64,000 nucleotides of DNA, taken from NCBI GenBank assembly GCA_963707635.1, contig OY970173.1, forward strand, positions 1,920,001-1,984,000. Reading direction: 5' to 3'. This DNA is from Candidatus Latescibacterota bacterium (GTDB lineage Bacteria > Krumholzibacteriota > Krumholzibacteriia > WVZY01 > JAKEHA01). The notes under the pieces are model-generated. The model was not told where the DNA came from. It searched no databases and saw only the letters and a list, made by a program, of their open reading frames with translations. Position 1 is the first letter of the stretch, and every line of letters begins with the position of its first letter. Position numbers and translations under genes: made by a program. Below, one piece after another: positions 39,527-49,324 of this stretch.

Positions 39527-40630
39527 TTGATTGACATCGCGGGTCATTGGCGGCGTCGCGCGCGCGTCCTCTCGGCGTGGGCCGCCGCCGCGCTCGCGGT
39601 GGCCTGTGCGGTGCAGGAACCGCCCTCCGGCGGCCCCGAGGACCGCACGGCGCCGACGGTGGCGGCGACGATTCCGGCCCGGGACTCCACCGGCGTCGAC
39701 CCGGCCAGCGACATCGCGATCGCCTTCAGCGAAGACATGACGCGGGCGCGGGTCGAGCGGCTGGTGAGCGCGGAGCCGCCGATCGCGCCGGGCTCGGTGC
39801 GCTGGAACGACCGCACGCTGGTGATTCACCCCGAAGGCGGCCTCCAGCGCGACACCACCTATGTCGTGCGCGTGAAGTCCGGCTTCCGGGACCGCCACGG
39901 GGTTCCGGGCACCGACGAGTACCAGTTTGCGTTTGCCACCGGCGCGGTGCTCGACACCGCCCGCATCGAGGGGGCCGTGTTCTTCAAGAAGGAACCGTCC
40001 GCGAAGGCGTTGGTGCGCGCGTTTCGCATCCCGCGCGACTCGGCGTTCACCGCCGAAGCCGCGCGCCCGGATCGCGAGACGCCGACCGCGCACGACGGCC
40101 GTTACGCGTTGCGTTACCTGCCGTCGCACGGCGCCCGGTTCGTGGTGATGGCGTTTGTCGACGTAAACGGCAACGGGACCTTCGAGCGCGCCACCGAGCC
40201 GTTCACGGTGGTTCCGGACACGGTCGTGCTCGCCTCGGAGCACCCGGTGGTGACCGGTCTCCAGATCACGATCATCGATCCAGCCGAACCGGGACGGGTG
40301 CACGGGGTGGTGGTGAACGAGTCCGGCATCGATTCGGTGCGCGCGACCGTCGGCCTGTACGCGAGCGAGGACTCGTCGCGCGCGCGTCACATCGCCGTCT
40401 GCGGCGCCGACGGATCGTTCGCCGTGGAGCAAGCGCGTCCGGGCGAATACGTCGTGCGCGCGTTCCTGGACCTGCGCGCGGACAGCCTGTGCGGCGACTA
40501 CCCGTGCCCCGGCGACAGCGCGCGCGCGTGCCCGGAACCGTGCGCGCGGCTCGCCGGGGTCTTGACGGTCAGGCCGGGGGCGGCGGTCGAAGTTCCGCGT
40601 CTGGTGTTGCGACGTCGGGAGGAACCGTGA
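39527..40630 (+). CDS. Ig-like (Big_5) domain lipoprotein
   Basis: Lipobox AVAC, P-GGPED--P, I-FSE, L--DTTY-V, F-DVNGNG. Confidence 0.8.
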   Translation: MIDIAGHWRRRARVLSAWAAAALAVACAVQEPPSGGPEDRTAPTVAATIPARDSTGVDPASDIAIAFSEDMTRARVERLVSAEPPIAPGSVRWNDRTLVIHPEGGLQRDTTYVVRVKSGFRDRHGVPGTDEYQFAFATGAVLDTARIEGAVFFKKEPSAKALVRAFRIPRDSAFTAEAARPDRETPTAHDGRYALRYLPSHGARFVVMAFVDVNGNGTFERATEPFTVVPDTVVLASEHPVVTGLQITIIDPAEPGRVHGVVVNESGIDSVRATVGLYASEDSSRARHIAVCGADGSFAVEQARPGEYVVRAFLDLRADSLCGDYPCPGDSARACPEPCARLAGVLTVRPGAAVEVPRLVLRRREEP

Positions 40631-41454
40631 GAATCGAATTCTGGAAGGTCAACGGAGCGGCCAACGATTTCGTCGTCATCGACAACCGCGACGGTGCGCT
40701 GTCTCTGACCGGCGAACAGGTGGAGTGGCTGTGCGACCGGCGCCGCGGCGTGGGCGCGGACGGGTTGATTCTGATCGAGAAGCGCGCCGGCTTCGATTTC
40801 CACATGGGCTTCTACAACAGCGACGGCAGCCCGGCGGAGATGTGCGGAAACGGTGCCCGGTGTTCCGCCCACGTGGCGGTGGCACTGGGCGAAGGACAAC
40901 GGCGCGACGATTCCGTCCAGGTTCGCTTCATGACCGGCTCCGGACCGATCGACGCCCGCGTGCGGGGCAATCGCGTGTCCATGTCGATGATGGACGCGCG
41001 GGCGATGCGGCGCGACGTGCCGGTGCGGCTTGCGCCCCGGGGCGCGCCGGTGCATTTTATGATCGTCGGCACCCGCCACGCGGTGGTACCCCTCCCCGAC
41101 GTGTCCACCCTTACGCCCGAGGAAGTCGTCGAGTATGGCCGCACACTCCGGAACGACCCCGCCTTCGCCCCGGAAGGGACCAACGTGAACTTCTGTTCCA
41201 TCGCGACCGACGGTCGCGTCCACCTGCGCACGTACGAAAAGGGTGTCGAAGCCGAGACATTCGCGTGCGGGACGGGTTCCATCGCCTCCGCCGTGCTCTA
41301 CGCCCACGAGGGCCGGCTCGCGAGCCCGGTGCGTGTCATGCAACGCAGCGGCGACGAGCTCACGGTGAGCTTCGAACCGGGGCCGGAGGGCGCGCGGCAC
41401 GTCCAGCTCGAAGGCCCGGTGGCCGTCAACTTCCGGGGCTGGACCGACGTCTGA
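40627..41454 (+). CDS. dapF: Diaminopimelate epimerase
   Basis: NDFV, GVGADG, EMCGNG, NVNF, RTYEKGVE, ACGTG. Confidence 0.96.
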   Translation: MRIEFWKVNGAANDFVVIDNRDGALSLTGEQVEWLCDRRRGVGADGLILIEKRAGFDFHMGFYNSDGSPAEMCGNGARCSAHVAVALGEGQRRDDSVQVRFMTGSGPIDARVRGNRVSMSMMDARAMRRDVPVRLAPRGAPVHFMIVGTRHAVVPLPDVSTLTPEEVVEYGRTLRNDPAFAPEGTNVNFCSIATDGRVHLRTYEKGVEAETFACGTGSIASAVLYAHEGRLASPVRVMQRSGDELTVSFEPGPEGARHVQLEGPVAVNFRGWTDV

Positions 41455-41471
41455 CCGGCGTTCTGCTCCCG

Positions 41472-44267
41472 ATGCCCAAGCGCGTCTTCTCACTGGCGTT
41501 CCTGGCGGTGACGCTCGCGGTCGTGGCGACCGCGCACGCGCAGTACCCGTTCGGGAAGAACAAGGTGATATACCGGGGCCGCGAGTGGCGCGTGCTGGAA
41601 ACCGAGCACGTCGACATCTACCACTACGCGCCTGATTCCACCCTGATCCTGTACCTCGCGCCGCTGGTCGAGAGCACCTACCGCGAGTACAGCGCCACCT
41701 TTCGCGTCGAGTTCGGGCGGCGGGTGCCGTTCGTGTTCTACGCCACCCACTATGACTTCCAGCAGACCAACATTCTGCCGGTGCTGATCTCCGAGTACAC
41801 CGGCGGTTTTACCGATCTGATCAAGGGTCGCATCGCCGTGCCGGCGAACGGCTCGTACTCGAGCTTGCGGCACGTGGTGCGCCACGAGATGGTGCACGCC
41901 TTCATGCTGGAAAAGCTGCAGCAATCCATGCACGACCAGGGGAAGTACACGTACACCCAGCCGCCGTTGTGGTTCGTCGAGGGGATGGCGGAGTACTACG
42001 CGGACTGGCCCCAGGACGCGCAGGGCGAGATGTTCGTCCGCGACGCGCTGCTCTCGGGACGGCTGCTGGGCCTCGATGAGATCTGGCGTATCGAGGGCTC
42101 GTACCAGATGTACAAGCACGGCGAGGCGGTGATCAACTATATCGCGACCAACTTCGGTCACGACGCGGTGGTGCGGATCCTGGAGAGTTGGTGGACCTCG
42201 GGCGAATTCACGCTGGTGCTGAAGAACACGATCGGCCTCGATGAGCTGGAGCTGGATGAGGCGTTTCAGAAATACGTGAAGCGCCGGTACTACCCGTCGG
42301 TCCTCCGCCACCAGTTCGCCAGCGACCTCGGCGTGCGTCTGACGCCGAATCACAGCTTCCACAGCCGGGCGGCCGTCGGCCGGGACGCGGCCGGGCGCCC
42401 GGCGGTGTATTCGCTCACGGCGCGCGACGGCGTGGTGGTCATCGCGGAAGGGGTGGGAAACCAGCGCGAGGGCTGGAGCGAGCGCGTGCTGCTCAGCGGC
42501 GGGCACTCGGGCTCGATGGAATCCATCCCGGCGTTTCGGAGCAAGCTGGAGGTGCACGGGGACACGCTGGTGTTCGTGTCCAAGAGCAACGATCGCGACA
42601 TCATCTATCTCTACAGCTTATCGAAACAGCGGAAGATCGCGGCGTTTTCGATGGACGGGCTGGCGCTGATCTCCTCCCCCACGCTGTCGGGGGACGGCAG
42701 GAAGATGGTGTTCAGCGCCATCGAGAACCGCGGCCGCATGGACCTCTTCCTGGTCCACCTGCCCAGCGGGCGACTCGAGCGCCTCACCGAGGACGGGTTC
42801 AGCGAGGAGGACCCCGACTACCACCCGACCGAGGACGTGGTGCTGTTCACGTCCGACCGGGGTGGGGGTGACCACCGGGGCCGCACCCACATCTACAAGA
42901 TGGACCTGGCCAGCCGCGAGATCACCCCGATCGAAGGGGGGCCGTGCGCCGATTCCAACCCCGAATGGGCCCCCGACGGGAACTCGTTCCTGTTCACGTC
43001 CGACCGCGACGGCACCCAGAACATCTACCTCAACCGCGGGGACGTGATCGTCCGGCAGACCAACGTGTTGACGGGTGTCAGCGCGCCCTCATTCATGCCC
43101 GATGGCAGCGGCTTCGTGGCGAGCGTGTACGAGAACGGGGAGTTTCAGCTCTACCGGTTCCCGCTCGAGGCGGACGCGCCGGCGCGAATGCTTCCGAGCC
43201 CCCCGGACAGCCTGGTGGTGCCCTGGAGCCGCGAGGACGCGCGCGCGGAGGACTTCGTGACCAAACCGTACGAGACGCGTTTCAGCGTCGATTTCGTCGG
43301 GGCCGGGGTGGCGATCGATCCGGGGGCGGGAGACGTGGGCAACGGCGGCCAGCTGGAACTGACCGACGTGCTCGGCAACCACCAGATCGAACTCGTGTTC
43401 GGGACCACCACCGAGGACTTTTCGAGCTTCTGGCGGAACTTCAACGCGGCGGTCGTCTACGTGAACCTTTCGCACCGGGTGAACTATTCGACGAGCCTGT
43501 TCCACCTCAATACGTCCCGGTATCAGAGCATCATCTCGAAGGAAGAGAAGCGCGTGGGCGGGGCGTTCGGCTTGAGCTATCCGCTCAACAAGTTCGAGCG
43601 GATCGAAGGCTCGGTGGTGCTGCGCTACATCGAACAGAACGACTTCGTTTCCCTGACCCCGCGCACCAGTTTCACGGGGTCGCTGTTCGGCACGTACGTG
43701 CGCGACAACACGCTGTGGACCTTCGGCGGGCCGCTGACAGGGTGGAGGTACTACGTGACCGGGGGGCCGACGATGGATTTCGGGGGCCACGGATTCGACA
43801 ACACGCTCCTCCAGCTCGACCTTCGGCGCTACCTGAAGCTGGGACCGCGGGTGGCGGTTGCGCTGCGCTACGTGACACGCAACTCGTGGGGAGGAGACGA
43901 GCAGCTATTCTACCTGGGCGGCCCGTGGACGCTGCGCGGGTACAACTACAACGAGTTCTTCGGCAAGACGACGCAGCTGTTCAACACCGAGCTGCGCTTT
44001 CCCTTGCTGGACGGGCTGTCGATCGTGCTCCCGTTCGGGCCGATCGAGCTCCCGATGTTTCGCGGGGCGCTGTTCTTCGACGCCGGCCGCGCCACCCGCA
44101 ACGATTTCGAATTCTTCGACACGGATTGGCTGGGGTCGTTCGGAACCGGGATCGAACTCAACCTGGGTTTCGCGCCGGTCATTCGCGTCAACTTCACTTG
44201 GCGGACCGACTTCGATCGGATATCCTCCGACACGGGTTTCGAATTGTTTCTCGGCTATAATTACTAG
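41472..44267 (+). CDS. Secreted peptidase-MA-like (HExxH) + TolB/PD40 propeller + Omp85-type barrel protein
   Basis: FGKNKV, HEMVH, PLWFVEGMAEY, PD40 repeats, LGG--TLRGY, ELRFPL, C-terminal aromatic residue. Confidence 0.85.
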   Translation: MPKRVFSLAFLAVTLAVVATAHAQYPFGKNKVIYRGREWRVLETEHVDIYHYAPDSTLILYLAPLVESTYREYSATFRVEFGRRVPFVFYATHYDFQQTNILPVLISEYTGGFTDLIKGRIAVPANGSYSSLRHVVRHEMVHAFMLEKLQQSMHDQGKYTYTQPPLWFVEGMAEYYADWPQDAQGEMFVRDALLSGRLLGLDEIWRIEGSYQMYKHGEAVINYIATNFGHDAVVRILESWWTSGEFTLVLKNTIGLDELELDEAFQKYVKRRYYPSVLRHQFASDLGVRLTPNHSFHSRAAVGRDAAGRPAVYSLTARDGVVVIAEGVGNQREGWSERVLLSGGHSGSMESIPAFRSKLEVHGDTLVFVSKSNDRDIIYLYSLSKQRKIAAFSMDGLALISSPTLSGDGRKMVFSAIENRGRMDLFLVHLPSGRLERLTEDGFSEEDPDYHPTEDVVLFTSDRGGGDHRGRTHIYKMDLASREITPIEGGPCADSNPEWAPDGNSFLFTSDRDGTQNIYLNRGDVIVRQTNVLTGVSAPSFMPDGSGFVASVYENGEFQLYRFPLEADAPARMLPSPPDSLVVPWSREDARAEDFVTKPYETRFSVDFVGAGVAIDPGAGDVGNGGQLELTDVLGNHQIELVFGTTTEDFSSFWRNFNAAVVYVNLSHRVNYSTSLFHLNTSRYQSIISKEEKRVGGAFGLSYPLNKFERIEGSVVLRYIEQNDFVSLTPRTSFTGSLFGTYVRDNTLWTFGGPLTGWRYYVTGGPTMDFGGHGFDNTLLQLDLRRYLKLGPRVAVALRYVTRNSWGGDEQLFYLGGPWTLRGYNYNEFFGKTTQLFNTELRFPLLDGLSIVLPFGPIELPMFRGALFFDAGRATRNDFEFFDTDWLGSFGTGIELNLGFAPVIRVNFTWRTDFDRISSDTGFELFLGYNY

Positions 44268-44396
44268 CTCTCGACGGACCACCGACACCGGGCCCTCGGC
44301 TCATGCACTTCGCGCGCGAATGCTGAAAGCGCGCCTCGTGAAATCGCCTCGAGCCCGATGTCGGCGGCCCGTCACGTTGCGAATCCGGAGTCAATC

Positions 44397-46109
44397 ATGC
44401 GCTGGTCGAAGTCATACCTGCCGACCCACAAGGAAGTCCCCAGGGACGCCGAGATACCGAGCCACCAGCTCATGCTGCGGGCGGGGTTGATCCGCATGCT
44501 CGGCGCGGGCGTGTACACGTTTCTCCCCGCCGGGCTGCGGGTGCTCCACCGGATCGAACACATCGTGCGCGAGGAAATGAACCGGGTCGGCGGGCAGGAA
44601 GTCCAGATGCCCGTGCTCCACCCCGGCGAGTTGTACGAGGAGACCGGCCGGCTGGCCAACTTCGGCGAGATTCTCTTTACGCTCAAGGATCGGCGCCAGC
44701 GCCTGTACGCGCTGGGACCGACGCACGAGGAGGTCGTGACCGACCTGGCCCGCGCCGAGCTGAAGAGCTACCGGCAGCTGCCCCAGTGCCTCTACCAGAT
44801 CCAGATCAAGTTCCGCGACGAGTTCCGTCCCCGCTTCGGCGTGATCCGTGCCCGCGAGTTCATGATGAAGGACGCGTACAGTTTTCACGCCACGCCGGCG
44901 TCGCTTGCAGAGACGTACGAGGCGATGGCGGGAGCGTACGCGCGCATCCTGGAACGCTGCGGGCTGAGCTTCGTGCGGGTGGAGGCGGAGTCGGGTGCCA
45001 TCGGCGGCGACGTGAATCACGAGTTCATCGTGCTCGCGGATCAGGGGGAGAGCGTGATGTTCCGCTGCCCGAATTGCGGCTACGCGGCCAACGACGAGCG
45101 CGCGGTGAGCATGGGCCCCGCGCTGCCCGTCGCCGAGCCGGGGAGCGGCCCCCGCGAGGTGGCGACACCGGGCAAGCACACGGTGGACGACGTCAGCGCC
45201 TTTCTGCAGGTGTCGCCGCAGCAGTTGGTGAAGACGCTGCTGTTCAAGAGCCACGACCGGGTGATCGCGGCGCTGATCCCGGGCGACCGCGCGCTCAACG
45301 AGGTGAAGTTCGCGAAGGTGGCCGTGGACGCGCAGCTGCTCGACGAGGCCGGGGTCCGTGCGCTGACGGGGGCGCCGGTCGGCTTTGCCGGCCCGGTGGG
45401 CCTCGATGCGAAGGTCGAGATCATCGCGGACACACTGCTGGAGCGCTACCAGGGCATGATCGTGGGTGCGAACAAGGCGGACACGCACACGCGCGGCGTG
45501 CGCATGGGCAAGGACTTTCGAACTCCCGACCGGATCGCCGACATCTCTACCGTCGTGGCCGGCGATCGCTGCAAGCAGTGCAAGTCCGGGGAGCTCGCCG
45601 TCCAGCGCGGGATCGAGATCGGACACATCTTCAATCTCGACGTGAAGTACAGCAGGAGCATGAACGCCACGTTCCTGGACGCCAACGGACAGGAGCAGCA
45701 CTTCATCATGGGCTGCTACGGCTTCGGTGTGTCGCGTGCCGTCGCCGCCGCCATCGAGCAGCACCACGACGAGCGCGGGATCCGCTGGCCGAAGGCGCTG
45801 GCCCCGTTCCACGTGATCGTGCTTCCCGTCAACACCGCCGACCCGCAGTCGCAGGCGGTCGCCGAAGACCTCTACCGGGAACTCGGGGAGGCCGGGCTCG
45901 ACGCGCTCCTCGACGACCGCGATCTGCGGCCGGGGCCGAGGTTCAAGGATGCGGACCTGACCGGCGTTCCGCTGCGGGTCACGATCGGGGAACGGAATCT
46001 CAAGGACCAGAACCTCGAGATCTACTACCGCCTGGAAGACCGGACCGAGATCGTCCCGATCACGGCCGCGGCCGAACGGGTCCGCGCGTACTACGCCACG
46101 CCGGGTTGA
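44397..46109 (+). CDS. proS: Proline--tRNA ligase (with editing insertion)
   Basis: SHQLMLRAG, LGPTHEE, FRDE-RPRFG, GIEIGHIF, MGCYG. Confidence 0.97.
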   Translation: MRWSKSYLPTHKEVPRDAEIPSHQLMLRAGLIRMLGAGVYTFLPAGLRVLHRIEHIVREEMNRVGGQEVQMPVLHPGELYEETGRLANFGEILFTLKDRRQRLYALGPTHEEVVTDLARAELKSYRQLPQCLYQIQIKFRDEFRPRFGVIRAREFMMKDAYSFHATPASLAETYEAMAGAYARILERCGLSFVRVEAESGAIGGDVNHEFIVLADQGESVMFRCPNCGYAANDERAVSMGPALPVAEPGSGPREVATPGKHTVDDVSAFLQVSPQQLVKTLLFKSHDRVIAALIPGDRALNEVKFAKVAVDAQLLDEAGVRALTGAPVGFAGPVGLDAKVEIIADTLLERYQGMIVGANKADTHTRGVRMGKDFRTPDRIADISTVVAGDRCKQCKSGELAVQRGIEIGHIFNLDVKYSRSMNATFLDANGQEQHFIMGCYGFGVSRAVAAAIEQHHDERGIRWPKALAPFHVIVLPVNTADPQSQAVAEDLYRELGEAGLDALLDDRDLRPGPRFKDADLTGVPLRVTIGERNLKDQNLEIYYRLEDRTEIVPITAAAERVRAYYATPG

Positions 46110-46122
46110 CACCCGGGATAGG

Positions 46123-46160
46123 AAAAGAAAATCGGCGCCTTCCCGTGGGAAGACGCCGAT
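46123..46160 (-). terminator. Intrinsic terminator of rpsT (possibly bidirectional)
   Basis: ATCGGCG-CTTCCC/GGGAAG-CGCCGAT hairpin with an A-tract on the plus-strand 5' side. Confidence 0.7.
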
Positions 46161-46185
46161 ACCTCGAGACGTTGTCGGCCGGGGC

Positions 46186-46428
46186 CTATGCCTGCTTGGG
46201 CGCGAGGCGCGACTTGAGGCGCGCCGCCCGGTTCCTGGAAATGATGCCCTTGCTTACGGCCCGGTCCAGAAGGGACTGCAGCTGGGCGTACTCGCCGGGA
46301 CGCTTGCCGAGGTCGAGCTCGCGAAACCCTCGCACCGCCGTGCGCAGGTTGGCCCGGTTGGCGCGGTTACGCGCGGTGCGTTTCACGTCCTGCTTGATCC
46401 GCTTGAAGCACGATTTATGTTGTGGCAT
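46186..46428 (-). CDS. rpsT: 30S ribosomal protein S20
   Basis: MPQHKSCFKRIKQ..RN...LRTAV...LDRAVSKGII-RNRAARLKSRL. Confidence 0.95.
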   Translation of the reverse strand: MPQHKSCFKRIKQDVKRTARNRANRANLRTAVRGFRELDLGKRPGEYAQLQSLLDRAVSKGIISRNRAARLKSRLAPKQA

Positions 46429-46458
46429 TCCGTAGTCCTCCCGAATAATGAATGCCGG

Positions 46459-46487
46459 AATCTAGCAGCTTTCCTGGATTCCGTCAA
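46459..46487 (-). promoter_or_regulatory. Sigma70-type promoter of rpsT
   Basis: TTGACG-N17-TAGATT with extended TG. Confidence 0.6.
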
Positions 46488-46490
46488 GCC

Positions 46491-47393
46491 GTGTCTAAAC
46501 ACAACCTCGACGGGGCCGTCGACGCCTTTCTCCATTACCTGGTGATCGAGAAGGGCCTCCTCCCCAACACGATTGCATCGTATGCCCGCGACCTGCGCGC
46601 CTACGCGGAGACGCTGGAGGAGCTCGGGGTCGCCGACGCGTCGCACATCGGCGACGCGGCCACCGAGTTTCATGCGATCCGGTTGTCGCGGCGGGGACTC
46701 AAACCCTCCTCGCGCGCGCGCATGCTCTCGACCCTCCGACATTTCCACCGCTTCCTGGTGCGTGAAGGGCTGGGGGCGGACGCCGCGCCGCCGCGGGTGG
46801 TGCGTCCGCGGCTGGGCCGTCGTCTGCCGACCGTGCTCACGCTCGGACAGGTGGAACGGCTCCTCGAACAGCCGGACGCGAGTCCGCTGGGCCTGCGCGA
46901 CCGGGCCATGCTGGAAGTGGCGTACGGCGCCGGGTTGCGGGTGAGCGAGCTGTGCGGCCTCGAGGTCGACGCGGTCAAATTCGAGCAGCAATTGGTGATG
47001 GTGACGGGCAAGGGTGGCAAGCAGCGGGTGGTGCCGTACGGGCGGGCGGCCGCCCGCGCGCTTTCGCGCTACCTGGACGGCGGGAGGCCGGGCCTGCTCG
47101 CGGGGCGCGTCTCGATGCGGGTGTTCGTAAACCACCGGGGCGGGCCGCTCTCGCGGGTTGGTTTCTTCAAACGCCTGAAGCAGCACGCCGCTGCGGCCGG
47201 GATCGAGCGGCGCGTGAGCCCCCACGTGCTCCGGCATTCCTTCGCGACCCACCTGCTCGAAGGCGGGGCGGACCTGCGCGTGGTGCAGGAGCTTCTCGGC
47301 CACGCGGACATTTCCACCACCCAGGTCTATACCAACGTCGACACGCGCCACATTCTCGAGGCGCACCGCGCCTTCCACCCGCGCGGGCGGTGA
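46491..47393 (+). CDS. xerD: Tyrosine recombinase XerD
   Basis: EKGL--NTI-SY-RDL, RDRAMLE--YG-GLRVSEL, HVLRHSFATHLL, TTQVYT, HPR end. Confidence 0.93.
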   Translation: MSKHNLDGAVDAFLHYLVIEKGLLPNTIASYARDLRAYAETLEELGVADASHIGDAATEFHAIRLSRRGLKPSSRARMLSTLRHFHRFLVREGLGADAAPPRVVRPRLGRRLPTVLTLGQVERLLEQPDASPLGLRDRAMLEVAYGAGLRVSELCGLEVDAVKFEQQLVMVTGKGGKQRVVPYGRAAARALSRYLDGGRPGLLAGRVSMRVFVNHRGGPLSRVGFFKRLKQHAAAAGIERRVSPHVLRHSFATHLLEGGADLRVVQELLGHADISTTQVYTNVDTRHILEAHRAFHPRGR

Positions 47394-47417
47394 CGCCCCG
47401 CGGCCCCGGCTAATTCC

Positions 47418-47447
47418 TTGACACCCTTCGAAACGCCCGCATAGAAT
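47418..47447 (+). promoter_or_regulatory. Sigma70-type promoter of the trpS operon
   Basis: TTGACA-N18-TAGAAT. Confidence 0.6.
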
Positions 47448-47487
47448 GCGGCAAAACGCCGTGTCGCGGCGTGGGTTGGAGCGTCGC

Positions 47488-48486
47488 GTGTCCCCGGAAA
47501 AGCAGATCATACTCAGCGGCAACCGGCCCACCGGGCGCCTCCACCTCGGCAATTACACGGGGGCGCTGGAGAACTGGGTGGCCCTGCAGCCGCAGTATCG
47601 CTGCTTCTTCATGGTGGCGGACTGGCACGTGCTGACCACCGACTACGAGCATACGGCCGCCATCGCCGAGCACACCCGCGAGATGGTGACCGACTGGATC
47701 AGCGCGGGGCTGGACCCCGACGAGTCGGTGATTTTCGTGCAGTCGCACGTCAAGGAGCACGCGGAGCTCAACCTGATTCTGGCCATGCTGGTCAGCGCGG
47801 CCCGTCTCGAGCGCAACCCGACGCTGAAGGAACAGGTCCGCGAGCTGGAGATGGATCAGGGTGGGGAGGGGATCACGTTCGGGCACCTCGGATATCCGGT
47901 GCTGCAGGCCGCCGACATCCTGATGTACCGTGCTCACGTGGTGCCGGTGGGCGAGGATCAGTTGCCGCACATCGAAATCACCCGCGAGCTGGCGCGGAAG
48001 TTCAACCGCCTGTTTGGAGAAGTGTTTCCGGTCCCGGACGGTAAGCTCACGAAATTCGCCCGGTTCCCGGGCCTGGATGGCAAGCGCATGAGCAAGTCGC
48101 TCGGCAACACCATCGACCTCGCGGACACGCCGGAAGCCATCCAGAAGAAGATCCAGACCGCCTTCACCGACCCGGAGCGCAAGCGGCGCAGCGACCCGGG
48201 ACGCCCGGAGGTGTGCCTCATTTATACGTACTGGAACAAGTTCTCGCCGTCGACCAGCAGCGAGATCTACGAAGGGTGCACGACGGCGAAGCTCGGATGC
48301 GTCGAGTGCAAGCAGCGGGTCGGGCGCGCCATAGCGGACTACCTGGCGCCGCTGCGGGAGAAACGCCGGGCGCTCGAGGCCCGTCCGGGTGCGGTCGACG
48401 AGGTGATCCGCGCCGGCGATGAGAAGGCCCGGCGCGCCGCCGTTGCCACCATGGAACTGGTCCGGGAGCGGATGCACATTGGCTGA
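47488..48486 (+). CDS. trpS: Tryptophan--tRNA ligase
   Basis: PTGRLHLGNY, YPVLQAADIL, VPVGEDQ, RMSKS. Confidence 0.97.
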   Translation: MSPEKQIILSGNRPTGRLHLGNYTGALENWVALQPQYRCFFMVADWHVLTTDYEHTAAIAEHTREMVTDWISAGLDPDESVIFVQSHVKEHAELNLILAMLVSAARLERNPTLKEQVRELEMDQGGEGITFGHLGYPVLQAADILMYRAHVVPVGEDQLPHIEITRELARKFNRLFGEVFPVPDGKLTKFARFPGLDGKRMSKSLGNTIDLADTPEAIQKKIQTAFTDPERKRRSDPGRPEVCLIYTYWNKFSPSTSSEIYEGCTTAKLGCVECKQRVGRAIADYLAPLREKRRALEARPGAVDEVIRAGDEKARRAAVATMELVRERMHIG

Positions 48487-49318
48487 ACTACGTTCGCTGC
48501 GTTACACGACCGAGCTCGAGGGGCTGCGCGCGCCGCTGGATGTGATCCTGTACCTGATCCGGCGCGACAACCTCGACATCTACGACATCCCGATCGCGAA
48601 GATCACGCGCGAGTATCTCGACTATCTCAACATGATGGACGACATGCAGATCGAGCTCGCGGGGGAGTTCTTCGTGCTGGCGGCGACCCTGATGCGGATC
48701 AAGGTGCAGATGTTGCTGCGCAAGGACGACGACTCCGATGAGGACCCGCGCCAGGAACTGGTCCGGAGCATTCTGGAGTACAAGAAGATGGTGGAAGCGG
48801 CGCGGACGTTTCGCGAAATGGAAGAACACCGGCAGCACATCTACACGCGGCCGGTCGGGCTGCAGGAGAAGGACGCCGCCGGCGAGGCGGTGCTGGACTT
48901 GAGCCTGTTCCAGCTCATGCGCGCGTTTCAGGACGTGATGACGCAGTTCGAGGGCGCCGAGGTGCGCGAGGTCGAGCTGGAGCAGTTCACGATCGAGGAG
49001 AAGATCGCGGCGGTCCGCTCCGCGTTGGAGGCGGCCGAGCCCGTACTGTTCTCGGACTTGTTCGCGGGCAGCCGCAGCCGCCTCGAATTGATCGTCACCT
49101 TCATGGCCATGCTCGAGCTCCTCAAGCACGGGGGCGTGCGCGTGCAGCAGGAAGCGTCGTTCGGGCCGATCTGGCTCTACCAGGGGCCGAATTTCGCCGC
49201 GCCGCTGGAGGCCGTGAGCGATTGGACGAGCGAGCCGGCGGCGCCGGTCGAGGTGGCGGACGCGAGCGACGAGCACTTCGCCTCACTCACCGGCGACGGA
49301 CCGCGCGAAGAAGGGTAG
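48479..49318 (+). CDS. scpA: Segregation and condensation protein A
   Basis: PLDVILYLI---LDIYDIPI, AGEFFVLAATL, IVTFMAMLEL. Confidence 0.93.
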   Translation: MAELRSLRYTTELEGLRAPLDVILYLIRRDNLDIYDIPIAKITREYLDYLNMMDDMQIELAGEFFVLAATLMRIKVQMLLRKDDDSDEDPRQELVRSILEYKKMVEAARTFREMEEHRQHIYTRPVGLQEKDAAGEAVLDLSLFQLMRAFQDVMTQFEGAEVREVELEQFTIEEKIAAVRSALEAAEPVLFSDLFAGSRSRLELIVTFMAMLELLKHGGVRVQQEASFGPIWLYQGPNFAAPLEAVSDWTSEPAAPVEVADASDEHFASLTGDGPREEG

Positions 49319-49324
49319 CGGCAG

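Noticed and set aside
38587..47393. Two tyrosine recombinases as phage or ICE integrases
   Set aside because: Size, motifs and housekeeping context (topA-trmFO; trpS-scpAB) fit XerC and XerD.
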